Below, piece after piece: positions 50,027 to 58,452 of a stretch of DNA of 64,000 bases. Source of the stretch: a bacterium. GTDB taxonomy: Bacteria; Electryoneota; Electryoneia; Electryoneales; Electryoneaceae. A program made the translations under genes and the position numbers. The first letter of the stretch is position 1. Every line of letters starts with the position of its first letter. The notes below the pieces were generated by a model. It was not told the origin of the DNA, made no database searches, and worked only from the letters and a program-made list of their open reading frames with translations. The DNA lies in assembly GCA_963669175.1 (NCBI GenBank), contig OY769902.1, forward strand, positions 3,488,001-3,552,000, written 5' to 3'.

Positions 50027-51315
50027 AATTCTGACACCCGGCGGTATTCTCCATAGCCCATCTCATCAACGAAAATGAAACGTCTGCGTAAATCGTAATA
50101 ATACCAGATCTCGTACGGTTTGTAATTAATCTCGAAGGGATGGCGTTCAATTTCCGAGGGGGGACCGAACCGGATGTATACTTCCCCCATATCCGTTTCC
50201 CAACCGGCACGGAAGGAACCGAACATCTCGTTGCAGTATTGAATCCGTCCGTAATACTCTTCCATCAATTCATTGGTCTTGGTATTCTCGGAAGGATCGC
50301 GCCTGTCCCAGAAATCACGGAACATGCGTTCCATCTGATCCGGGGTGCCATTCAGCATCTTCTTGATTTCTTTGTTACTGGCAATATATCGAAGCTGACG
50401 CACCGCATCTTTCATATCATTGATGCTGGCAGGCAGACTGATGCTTCTGAGTCTGAAGTGAGTACCCTTCAGCGCTCTTTGCCCATCCGCTTCTATCTGC
50501 AATTCTACAACGTAATATCCATATGGCAAATCCAAGACAGAAAAAGTGATATGGTCGCGGGTAATCGGAAGAACAGCCGGAATCACCTTACTGTCTTCCC
50601 TGACAACTTCGCCCCTGTCATCCATCACACGGTAGTAGACTTTAAGCTCTTCTGCTTCTTCGGGGTATACTTCGTAGAAAACCGGAACAGGATAATTGGG
50701 ATTCTGTACAACATGATTCACGTTGGGTGTGATCTCAAAAACATTGTCAGGCGCCAGTTTGACATGCTTGCACAAAACCAGGTCAGACAAGTGCATGCCG
50801 GCTACTTCATAAGATGGAACCTGGATAGTTATGGAAGCTTCGCTCTTCCGTTTGCTCTCCAGGTCCAGGAGTGTGGCAACAATGGTATAGGTGCCGGGGC
50901 TGACATTGATTTCGGTTTCACTTATGTCATAGAGGTCACGTGCGTTAGTTTCATCGTAAGAAGTTGTGACCACCTGCGAACGCCAGATCTTGTTAGTTAC
51001 CCTGGGACCGGATTCGGCTTCACCAAGGATAAGCGAAAAATCCACCTCATAGTTTGCTTCAAAGCCACGCGCTGAGCGAACAAACATCAGGTTATCATGC
51101 ACGATCTCCACATAGGCGATCATCTTGGTTTTACCGGGCTCTTCGGAGAGGAGAGTGATCGCTGAAAGGTGAAAATTGGGCGCTCCCGCCTGGGCAAGGT
51201 AATAGGCCTGCTGATCCTGTGCCTGCAACTTTCCAACAGCAGTCATCAGCAGGAATAGACACGCAATCACGAATCGCTTTTTCACCATCAAGCACCACCT
51301 TTCAAGGGAGTTCAA
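50017..51315 (-). CDS. GWxTD domain-containing exported protein
   Basis: FW..RDP, EEYYGR, GWETDMGEVYIRFGPP, EIWYY; signal peptide. Confidence 0.9.
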   Translation of the reverse strand: MNSLERWCLMVKKRFVIACLFLLMTAVGKLQAQDQQAYYLAQAGAPNFHLSAITLLSEEPGKTKMIAYVEIVHDNLMFVRSARGFEANYEVDFSLILGEAESGPRVTNKIWRSQVVTTSYDETNARDLYDISETEINVSPGTYTIVATLLDLESKRKSEASITIQVPSYEVAGMHLSDLVLCKHVKLAPDNVFEITPNVNHVVQNPNYPVPVFYEVYPEEAEELKVYYRVMDDRGEVVREDSKVIPAVLPITRDHITFSVLDLPYGYYVVELQIEADGQRALKGTHFRLRSISLPASINDMKDAVRQLRYIASNKEIKKMLNGTPDQMERMFRDFWDRRDPSENTKTNELMEEYYGRIQYCNEMFGSFRAGWETDMGEVYIRFGPPSEIERHPFEINYKPYEIWYYYDLRRRFIFVDEMGYGEYRRVSELWP

Positions 51316-52661
51316 TCACCCTGAAGCGTAAATCGATAGGGTTCCGCCTCGGTTATAATACCCGTTACCATATCACCGGGTTTCCCCCTGGATAAGATAA
51401 TAGCGTCTCCATCGATATCCGGCGCATCCCAGACTGTTCGACCAGATAATTCTGTGCCTTCCACGCTCTCGATCAAAACTTCCGTCCTCTTTCCAATACG
51501 TGATTGATACCATTGTTCCGCAAGCTCTTCGGTCAGGGCAAGCACTTCCGCTTCACGCTCGAAAGCCTCATCTTCATCCGGCGCTTCCTGTGTGGTGGCA
51601 AATGTGTTTTCTTCCGGGCTATACCGGAAAACACCCAAACGCTCGAACCGGGCTTCCTCGAGCCGATTCAACAATGTATCAAACTCCTGCGGCCCTTCGC
51701 CCGGATGCCCGACGATGATACTGGTTCGTAGAGCGATATCCGGAATTGAGTCACGGAGTAGATCGATCCATCCACGCATCTTCGCCCAGGTCGTCCCGCG
51801 TCGCATCGCTTTCAGGACTGTATCATCCGCATGTTCAATCGGAAAATCGAGATAAGGGACCAATCCGGGTGTTCCTGCAAGCGCCTTGATAAATGGTTCG
51901 GTCATCAAGGGCGGATGAGTATAGAGAATCCTCAGCCAACGCTTTCCCTGAACCTTTTCCAGTTCATTGCCCAGTTCTCCCAGCAACCGCTCTATTGAAC
52001 TGGCCTGTTCAAGGTCTTTACCGTAACTATTGACCTCCTGCGCCACCAGGATCAGCTCTTTGACGCCGCTCGCTAATAGTTGTTTAGCCTCAGTTAATAC
52101 AAGCTGTTCAGGTTTACTCCGATAAGGTCCACGCATGGACGGGATTGCACAATAGGAACAACGACGGTTGCATCCTTCAGAAATTCGCAGGTAGGCATGA
52201 AAAGGTCCAAGTCCATGCCGATGTTTTGCGATCCCTGTTTCTACAAGTGGCGTAACCTGTCCACAATGAATCCCGGCAACCGTATTATCCTGATCGCTGG
52301 CAGCGGCGATACGGTTCAATAACATCTGCCACTCGTTGAACTGGTACCAGCCGTCCACTTCCGGGATTTCTGCTGCTAATTCATCACGATAATGAATGGG
52401 CAGACATCCGGTGACAAATATCTGGCGATCAGGCCTCTCCGCTTTCCAGCTAACAGCTTCCAGGATAGCGTCAATGGCCTCTGAACGGCTGTCCAGGATA
52501 AAAGCACAGGATGAGATAATCGCGATATCTGCCGACTCTGCCTCGTCTTGAACCTCGATCCTATTTGACGCTAACAGGCTGTGCAGGCCATCCAGATCCG
52601 CTTCAACCTTGGGACAACCAAGACGATGGATATAGACGGATTTGGATGATGAAGACTTCAC
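51312..52661 (-). CDS. rimO: Ribosomal protein S12 methylthiotransferase
   Basis: LGCPK, radical SAM EGCNRRCSYC.IP, RTS.IVGHPGE, APDIDG TRAM domain. Confidence 0.93.
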   Translation of the reverse strand: MKSSSSKSVYIHRLGCPKVEADLDGLHSLLASNRIEVQDEAESADIAIISSCAFILDSRSEAIDAILEAVSWKAERPDRQIFVTGCLPIHYRDELAAEIPEVDGWYQFNEWQMLLNRIAAASDQDNTVAGIHCGQVTPLVETGIAKHRHGLGPFHAYLRISEGCNRRCSYCAIPSMRGPYRSKPEQLVLTEAKQLLASGVKELILVAQEVNSYGKDLEQASSIERLLGELGNELEKVQGKRWLRILYTHPPLMTEPFIKALAGTPGLVPYLDFPIEHADDTVLKAMRRGTTWAKMRGWIDLLRDSIPDIALRTSIIVGHPGEGPQEFDTLLNRLEEARFERLGVFRYSPEENTFATTQEAPDEDEAFEREAEVLALTEELAEQWYQSRIGKRTEVLIESVEGTELSGRTVWDAPDIDGDAIILSRGKPGDMVTGIITEAEPYRFTLQGD

Positions 52662-52666
52662 TTCCT

Positions 52667-53626
52667 TTACTCCGTTTCTTCAACCTGTTCGCTATCGCCA
52701 TTCGGGCTGATTATGGCCTTGATGACAAGCTTGGGATCGTACGGCAGGAGATCATTCATACCTTCGCCGAGACCGATCCAGTGAACCGGAAGATTCAGTT
52801 CCCTGCTGATCGGAACGATGACACCGCCCTTGGCCGTTCCATCCAATTTGGTTACGACGAGCCCACTGACACCGCTGGTTTCCGAGAAACTGCGCGCCTG
52901 GCTGAGGCCGTTCTGCCCTGTTGTACCATCGATGACCAACAGAACTTCGTGCGGCGCATCGGGGATCAGCTTTTTCGCTACACGGTCAAGCTTCTCCAAC
53001 TCTTTCATCAGGTTGACCTTGGTGTGCAGACGGCCGGCGGTATCAACTAGTACACGATCAACCTTTTTCGCCAAAGCGGATTGAAGACCATCATACAGTA
53101 CCGCGCCCGGATCGGCGCCGGTTGCGCCCTTTACGATGCCCACATTGGCTCGTTCCGCCCAGATACTGACCTGTTCCACCGCAGCGCTACGAAATGTGTC
53201 TGCAGCAATAATCAGTACCTTCTCGCCGTTCTGCGCGAAATAGTTGGATAGTTTCCCGATGGTAGTCGTTTTACCGGAGCCGTTTACCCCAACGATAAAA
53301 CTGACGAAAGGTTTTGTATGTGTTACCGATGAAGTTTCTTCGTTTTCTTTGGCAGTGGTGACTTCTTCCATCACCGCTTCCAGTTCCTCGGACAGGATTG
53401 GCAAGACCTGGGTATCATCGATTTTCTCTTTTTTAGCGCGCTGACGGATGCGCTCTACAAGTTCCATCGAAAGGTCAACGCCCAGATCAGCCGTAATCAG
53501 GATTTCTTCCAGCTCTTCCAGCTTGTCTTCGTCAATCTGGCCACCGCTGAACACTTCTTTGATCTTTTCAACCATCGAAGTGCGTGTTTTCGAAAAACCC
53601 TCTTTAATCTTCTTGAAGAAGTTCAT
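52667..53626 (-). CDS. ftsY: Signal recognition particle receptor
   Basis: GVNGSGKTTT, DTFR, DTAGR, TKLDGTAKGG. Confidence 0.97.
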   Translation of the reverse strand: MNFFKKIKEGFSKTRTSMVEKIKEVFSGGQIDEDKLEELEEILITADLGVDLSMELVERIRQRAKKEKIDDTQVLPILSEELEAVMEEVTTAKENEETSSVTHTKPFVSFIVGVNGSGKTTTIGKLSNYFAQNGEKVLIIAADTFRSAAVEQVSIWAERANVGIVKGATGADPGAVLYDGLQSALAKKVDRVLVDTAGRLHTKVNLMKELEKLDRVAKKLIPDAPHEVLLVIDGTTGQNGLSQARSFSETSGVSGLVVTKLDGTAKGGVIVPISRELNLPVHWIGLGEGMNDLLPYDPKLVIKAIISPNGDSEQVEETE

Positions 53627-53748
53627 GTGTTGCTCGTCTGTGGTTTGGTCAACTCAACAGTTTGTTGAAAAGGAATATGCTCTTGAATCTTTCAAATATT
53701 GTAAAAGAAGAAGCAGGTTCCTCCCATTGGATTTAATTACACATTGTG

Positions 53749-54244
53749 CGATCCCTTCGGGATCGAGATGCAGAGAGGGCAACTTTCTCCCCGGGGCTAA
53801 CGCCCTGTCTCTTGCTCACATCTTCGTGTTTCTGCCACCCCAGAGGGGGTGGTATATTTTAGCGTAGGGTTGACGCTGTCTGTTTAGCGTCTACCCTACG
53901 AAAAAGATCAAACCTTATCTCACCCCTGGAAGGGTTGCATAACGTATAATTTACACCCAATTGGTTTGTATAGAATATAAAATGCGTTATTTCCTGTATT
54001 TATTGAACGTACTAACATGAATCGCGTATTATGCAACCCTTCCAGGGTTGATTATTCGTTAGAATACCTGACATAGTGTACAGGCCAAACAGACGGCCTG
54101 TACACTATGCTAAAATAGGGAATCCCGCCGGGATTCTAAAAATGCTATGTCCACAACTCTTTTACTGATACAGCTTTCAGAAGATGTGGGTAAGAGACAG
54201 GGCTAACGCCACCGCGCTATTCAAATGGTCCACCTTCGGTGGAC
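53749..54244. repeat. Nested mirror-symmetric cluster of palindromes (REPIN/MITE-like)
   Basis: Inverted pairs 53802-25/54180-203 (22 of 24) and 53924-42/54029-47 (19 of 19); hairpins 53863-900 and 54072-109 have reverse-complement loops. Confidence 0.85.
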
Positions 54245-54260
54245 TTCTATTTGCAGATCA

Positions 54261-54320
54261 ATAAGATTGTTTCCTACACATAGCATTTTTATATAAGATT
54301 GTTTCCTACACATAGCATTT
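54261..54320. repeat. 28-bp direct tandem duplication
   Basis: ATAAGATTGTTTCCTACACATAGCATTT at 54261 and 54293. Confidence 0.9.
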
Positions 54321-54372
54321 CGAAAAAATTATAGCTGTGTTCCTGTTTATTCTATCATCGTAATATTGCGGA

Positions 54373-54503
54373 GAAAAGGGGACGGGATCCTTTTCCGCGC
54401 GTTGACACGGAACACTTTTGCTGATCCTTTGGAAAAGGAAACTGTCCCCTTTTCCGTGTAATACCTGCCACCTCTCTAGAAAAAGAGTACAACTGCCTTT
54501 TCC
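54373..54503. repeat. Copies of the AAAAGG-N-GTCCCCTTTT repeat family
   Basis: GAAAAGGGGACGGGATCCTTTTCC, GGAAAAGGAAACTGTCCCCTTTTCC, GAAAAAGAGTACAACTGCCTTTTCC. Confidence 0.7.
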
Positions 54504-54554
54504 GATCCAAGTTTACAGTGGAAGGCTATCTCCCAAGGAAAGGCGGCAGTCCTC

Positions 54555-55424
54555 TTACTCCATCTCCTCCGCCGCGCTGCCCCATCCGAGCTTACGACGC
54601 AGAACCTGGAAGAAATTATGATTATCAAAGTTCACCAGGCAGGCCGCGAAATCAGCCCGCTTCACTTCCAGGGTTTCACCGCTGAACATGGTTCCGGCCA
54701 AACGACCATCCACATTGATAATCAATTCCGGTGACCCGGTGATGGCATGAATCCCGATTTTTTTCTTATCACTGATAAGAAGCGGCCGATTGGTAAAACT
54801 GTGCGGATTCAGCGGAACATACAGGATTCCGGCAAGCATCGGCTCGATAATCGGACCGCCTGCTGACAGGTTGTACGCGGTTGAACCGGTTGGTGTGGAA
54901 ATGATCAGGCCATCTGCGCGAAGACGATTCAGGAAGTCCCCATCTACACTCGCTTCCAGTTCGATCATCCGCGAGTAGCCGCCCTTGTTCACCACAACAT
55001 CGTTCAACGCATACCAGGTTCCCAGGTCCGGCCTGTCTGACACCTTAGCCTCAAGAACCATACGTTGCTCAATGGTAAATTCACCTTTCAGCAGGTCTTC
55101 AGTACGCTGTGTCAGATCATCCGCGCCAACAAGGGTTAGATATCCCAATCCGCCGACATTCACTCCGACAACAGGAATTTCACGTCCCTGCAGGATCCGT
55201 ACAGAGTTGAGCAGTGTTCCATCGCCGCCGAAACTGAGCAGAATTTCAGCTTTCTTCCCCACTTCTGATGGCGGGAAAAGCTTATATTCTCCGGAATCGA
55301 GGACTTCACGAAATTCACTGGACAGCAAAAACTCGATCTCTTTGTCGCGAAGCCAGCTTATATACTCCGGCAGCACAGACCGCAGTATTTCCTTGGTCGG
55401 ATTACCAACAAGTCCAAGAATCAT
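54555..55424 (-). CDS. nadK: NAD+ kinase
   Basis: GGDGT, ALND, DGLIISTPTGSTAY.LSAGGP. Confidence 0.96.
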   Translation of the reverse strand: MILGLVGNPTKEILRSVLPEYISWLRDKEIEFLLSSEFREVLDSGEYKLFPPSEVGKKAEILLSFGGDGTLLNSVRILQGREIPVVGVNVGGLGYLTLVGADDLTQRTEDLLKGEFTIEQRMVLEAKVSDRPDLGTWYALNDVVVNKGGYSRMIELEASVDGDFLNRLRADGLIISTPTGSTAYNLSAGGPIIEPMLAGILYVPLNPHSFTNRPLLISDKKKIGIHAITGSPELIINVDGRLAGTMFSGETLEVKRADFAACLVNFDNHNFFQVLRRKLGWGSAAEEME

Positions 55425-55439
55425 GATCCTGCTCCCGTG

Positions 55440-55673
55440 CTATCGGCCCAGCGATTCCGGGTCCAGATCCTGCGTATCCCCGGACTCTAGCAGACGTTGT
55501 ACTTTCACCTGGGCTTTATCGAGCTTGTCACGGCATCGCTTCAGCAACTTCTGCCCTTCTTCGAACAACTTGATACTGTCATCAAGATCCAGATCACCTT
55601 CATCAAGTTGCCCGGCAATCCATTCCAGCCGTGCCAGATCCTGCTCAAAACTGGATGTTTTCTCTTCACTCAT
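55440..55673 (-). CDS. xseB: Exodeoxyribonuclease VII small subunit
   Basis: SFE..L..LE.I...L..G...L..S...FEEG. Confidence 0.93.
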   Translation of the reverse strand: MSEEKTSSFEQDLARLEWIAGQLDEGDLDLDDSIKLFEEGQKLLKRCRDKLDKAQVKVQRLLESGDTQDLDPESLGR

Positions 55674-56877
55674 GAGGACTCCTGACGTCCTTTATTTCAG
55701 CGTCCGCGCTTCCCTTTGCCAACTGCAATGATACCATGTCACCAGGTGAGAGGCCGGTTACATCACGAAGGATATTCCCTTCTTTCCTCACGACTGCATA
55801 GCCACGCTTAACCACATTGAACGGCGATAAAGCTCGAAGCTGTTGATCAAGCGCTACCAGCTTATCCGTTCTGCGTTCCAACCGACCACGTAACGCTTTC
55901 CGGTTACGATTATCCAGATCATCCAGGCGTTGATCCCATTGCATCAACCGATCGGGCAGGCTGCGAATACCATAACCTCCGGCAGCGGCTTCGATACGGA
56001 GGCGTACTCCTTCCAGCCGCCCCGCCATGGATCGTCCCAGGCGACGTCCCTGGTATTCGATACGATCAAGTATTTCTCCCCGGTCGGGAGTGGCAAGTTC
56101 AGCAGCGCCGGTTGGGGTTGGCGCGCGAAGATCGGCAACAAGGTCGGATAACGTGGTATCCGTCTCGTGACCAATACCGGCAATGATGGGAATCGGGCAG
56201 GCAGCGATAGCTCGAACGGTACGCTCTTCGTTGAACGCCCACAGGTCTTCAATGGACCCTCCGCCTCTACCTACAATCAGCAGATCAGGCGGAGTATCCA
56301 TCTCGGACAGGACTTCCAACGCATTGGCGATCTCAGCCGAGGAAGTCTCGCCCTGTACACGCACCGGCACCAGTAACACATCGAGGTCAAAACCGCGACG
56401 TGAAAGCGTGACAAGAATATCACGCACCGCTGCGCCGGTGGGCGAGGTCACAACTCCGATACGTTTGGGAAAACGTGGGATAGGGCGTTTGCGCTCCGGA
56501 TCAAAAAGCCCTTCCGCAGCCAGACGCGCCTTCAGCTTTTCGAATTCCAGCGCGAGCGCACCTTGCCCGGCAGGTTGAATCACATCGATATCAACCTGGT
56601 AGCGTCCGCCCCGCTCATAGACCACCAGTCGCCCGAAGACAAGAACCTCCTGGCCGTCTTCGGGACGGAAATCAAGCCTGGTCACCTTTGAGCGCCACAT
56701 GACACCGGCGATCTGGGCGCCTGCATCTTTGAGTGTCAGATACAGGTGTCCGCTTCGATGAAACAGCACACCACTGAGTTCCCCGCGCAACCAGAACGGT
56801 TGAATCGAGGTCTCCAGGGTTTGCTTGATCTGCCTGGTCAGCAGGCTGACGGTAAAGATGTCTTTTGAGACAGTCAT
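55666..56877 (-). CDS. xseA: Exodeoxyribonuclease VII large subunit
   Basis: SGH.Y.TLKD, TSPTGAA.RD, RGGGS.EDLW.FN, GHETD, TPT.AAE. Confidence 0.97.
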   Translation of the reverse strand: MTVSKDIFTVSLLTRQIKQTLETSIQPFWLRGELSGVLFHRSGHLYLTLKDAGAQIAGVMWRSKVTRLDFRPEDGQEVLVFGRLVVYERGGRYQVDIDVIQPAGQGALALEFEKLKARLAAEGLFDPERKRPIPRFPKRIGVVTSPTGAAVRDILVTLSRRGFDLDVLLVPVRVQGETSSAEIANALEVLSEMDTPPDLLIVGRGGGSIEDLWAFNEERTVRAIAACPIPIIAGIGHETDTTLSDLVADLRAPTPTGAAELATPDRGEILDRIEYQGRRLGRSMAGRLEGVRLRIEAAAGGYGIRSLPDRLMQWDQRLDDLDNRNRKALRGRLERRTDKLVALDQQLRALSPFNVVKRGYAVVRKEGNILRDVTGLSPGDMVSLQLAKGSADAEIKDVRSPHE

Positions 56878-57083
56878 TTACGGAACAACCAGAACAGAAG
56901 ACTCAAGACGAGACTGATGAGAAGCGAAGAGACCAGCGGGATGTATATCCTCACCGGTCCCTTGCTGATTATCAAATCTCCAGGCAATCGCCCCAGGCCG
57001 AACCTGGAAGCGACAAGCAGGACAATGCCCAGGACTGCCAGGAACACCCCGATCACCAGCAGTAATCGGCCAAGGTCCTGCAT
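56874..57083 (-). CDS. DUF2905 family small membrane protein
   Basis: GLGRLPGD...YIP..S.LLIS motif. Confidence 0.9.
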   Translation of the reverse strand: MQDLGRLLLVIGVFLAVLGIVLLVASRFGLGRLPGDLIISKGPVRIYIPLVSSLLISLVLSLLFWLFRK

Positions 57084-57097
57084 CCCGCGCCTCTCGC

Positions 57098-57190
57098 CTA
57101 CTTCTTCTTCTTATGACGGTCCCTCTTCCGACGCTTTTTCCTCTTATGCGTCGCAATCTTGGCCCGTTTGCGCTTTCTTCCGCAAGGCAC
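57098..57190 (-). CDS. 30S ribosomal protein bS22 (AURKAIP1/COX24/mS38-like), 30 aa
   Basis: GGAGG RBS, GTG start, translation MPCGRKRKRAKIATHKRKKRRKRDRHKKKK*; below the ORF-track cutoff. Confidence 0.88.
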   Translation of the reverse strand: MPCGRKRKRAKIATHKRKKRRKRDRHKKKK

Positions 57191-57268
57191 GGTTACCTCC
57201 TACTGTTGACACCAATCGACTGTATAAGATAATGTCGTTTCAGGGTTCAATCCAGACGTACGAACGTC

Positions 57269-57547
57269 TTAGGCATTGTTTACACGAGATTTCAATTTAT
57301 CAGAAGCGCGGAAAACCGGCACCTTCTTCTGGGGTACCTGGATTCTGTCACCGGTATGGGGATTGAGCGCTTCACGAGCTGCACGATCGACTACCTTAAA
57401 TGTGCCGAATCCGCGAATTTCAATGTGTCCCCCACTGACCAACTCGTCCGACATTGCTTCCAATAATCCGTCGAGTACTGCCGCTACTTCGATTCGCGTC
57501 AAGCCTGTACCTTCTGCCACACGATTGGCCAAGTCCGCCTTGGTCAT
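57269..57547 (-). CDS. HU/IHF family DNA-binding protein
   Basis: MTKADL, IEIRGFGTF, NPHTG, PVFRAS. Confidence 0.95.
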   Translation of the reverse strand: MTKADLANRVAEGTGLTRIEVAAVLDGLLEAMSDELVSGGHIEIRGFGTFKVVDRAAREALNPHTGDRIQVPQKKVPVFRASDKLKSRVNNA

Positions 57548-58452
57548 GGTTTAACCTCCGGTCTAAAGCGGTATTCCAACAAAGCGCTCCGATCAAAACG
57601 ACTCATCAGAGAACCGCCCAACTCATCGATCACTCGATCTATCCAATCTAACTCATCGTAGGGTTCTTCGATCTCCGGCTCATCACCCAGTCCAGTCAGC
57701 TCGCCGGCAATCCGGATCGCTTCCCAGCGGTCACCCAGCACATCGACCAACCCTAACTCTTTTGCCTGACGTCCGGTAAAAACACGTCCATCGGCAACTT
57801 TTTTCACATCGTCCAGCTCCAGCCCGCGTTGATCGGCCACGGCCTGGATGAACTGTTCGTATGCGTCGTCTACGTATGACTGAAAATATGCACGATCCGC
57901 CGCGGTAAGATTCTCAAACGGCGATCCCGCATCTTTAAACTCACCACTGGTTACTGCTTCTGCATCAACACCCAGCTTGTCCATCAGTTCCTTGAACATG
58001 GTGATTTCAAGAATGACACCAATGGAACCGGTTGTAGTTCCCGGGTTCGCTACAATAGTATCCCCGGCAATAGCCGCATAATATCCACCACTTGCAGCAA
58101 CAGATCCCATGCTGATAATAACCGGTTTCTCCTGGCGCGCTCGCAGGATTGATTCATACAATTCCTGCGAGGCTGCAACACCACCACCCGGGCTGTCAAT
58201 ACGAATCACCAACGCCTTGATGTCAGATTTGCGTCGAAAATCATCAATATCTTCAACCCAGCTCCTGGCATCATAAATCGGTCCGATCACTTCAATCATC
58301 CCGATCCGGTCGCCGTGCATTGTCTCAAAGCGTCCGCCACTCTGGGCCATGCCAATCAGACCAAATGATCCTACCAGAAGCAGGATCAGGAGGACACCGA
58401 TCAACGCTGTGAGACCTAACAGATCTCTGTGATTTCCTTTTTGGGCCATCAC
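57544..58452 (-). CDS. sppA: Signal peptide peptidase SppA (36K type)
   Basis: RIDSPGG, AASGGYY, GSIGV, DGRVFTG.QA..GLVD. Confidence 0.95.
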   Translation of the reverse strand: MMAQKGNHRDLLGLTALIGVLLILLLVGSFGLIGMAQSGGRFETMHGDRIGMIEVIGPIYDARSWVEDIDDFRRKSDIKALVIRIDSPGGGVAASQELYESILRARQEKPVIISMGSVAASGGYYAAIAGDTIVANPGTTTGSIGVILEITMFKELMDKLGVDAEAVTSGEFKDAGSPFENLTAADRAYFQSYVDDAYEQFIQAVADQRGLELDDVKKVADGRVFTGRQAKELGLVDVLGDRWEAIRIAGELTGLGDEPEIEEPYDELDWIDRVIDELGGSLMSRFDRSALLEYRFRPEVKP

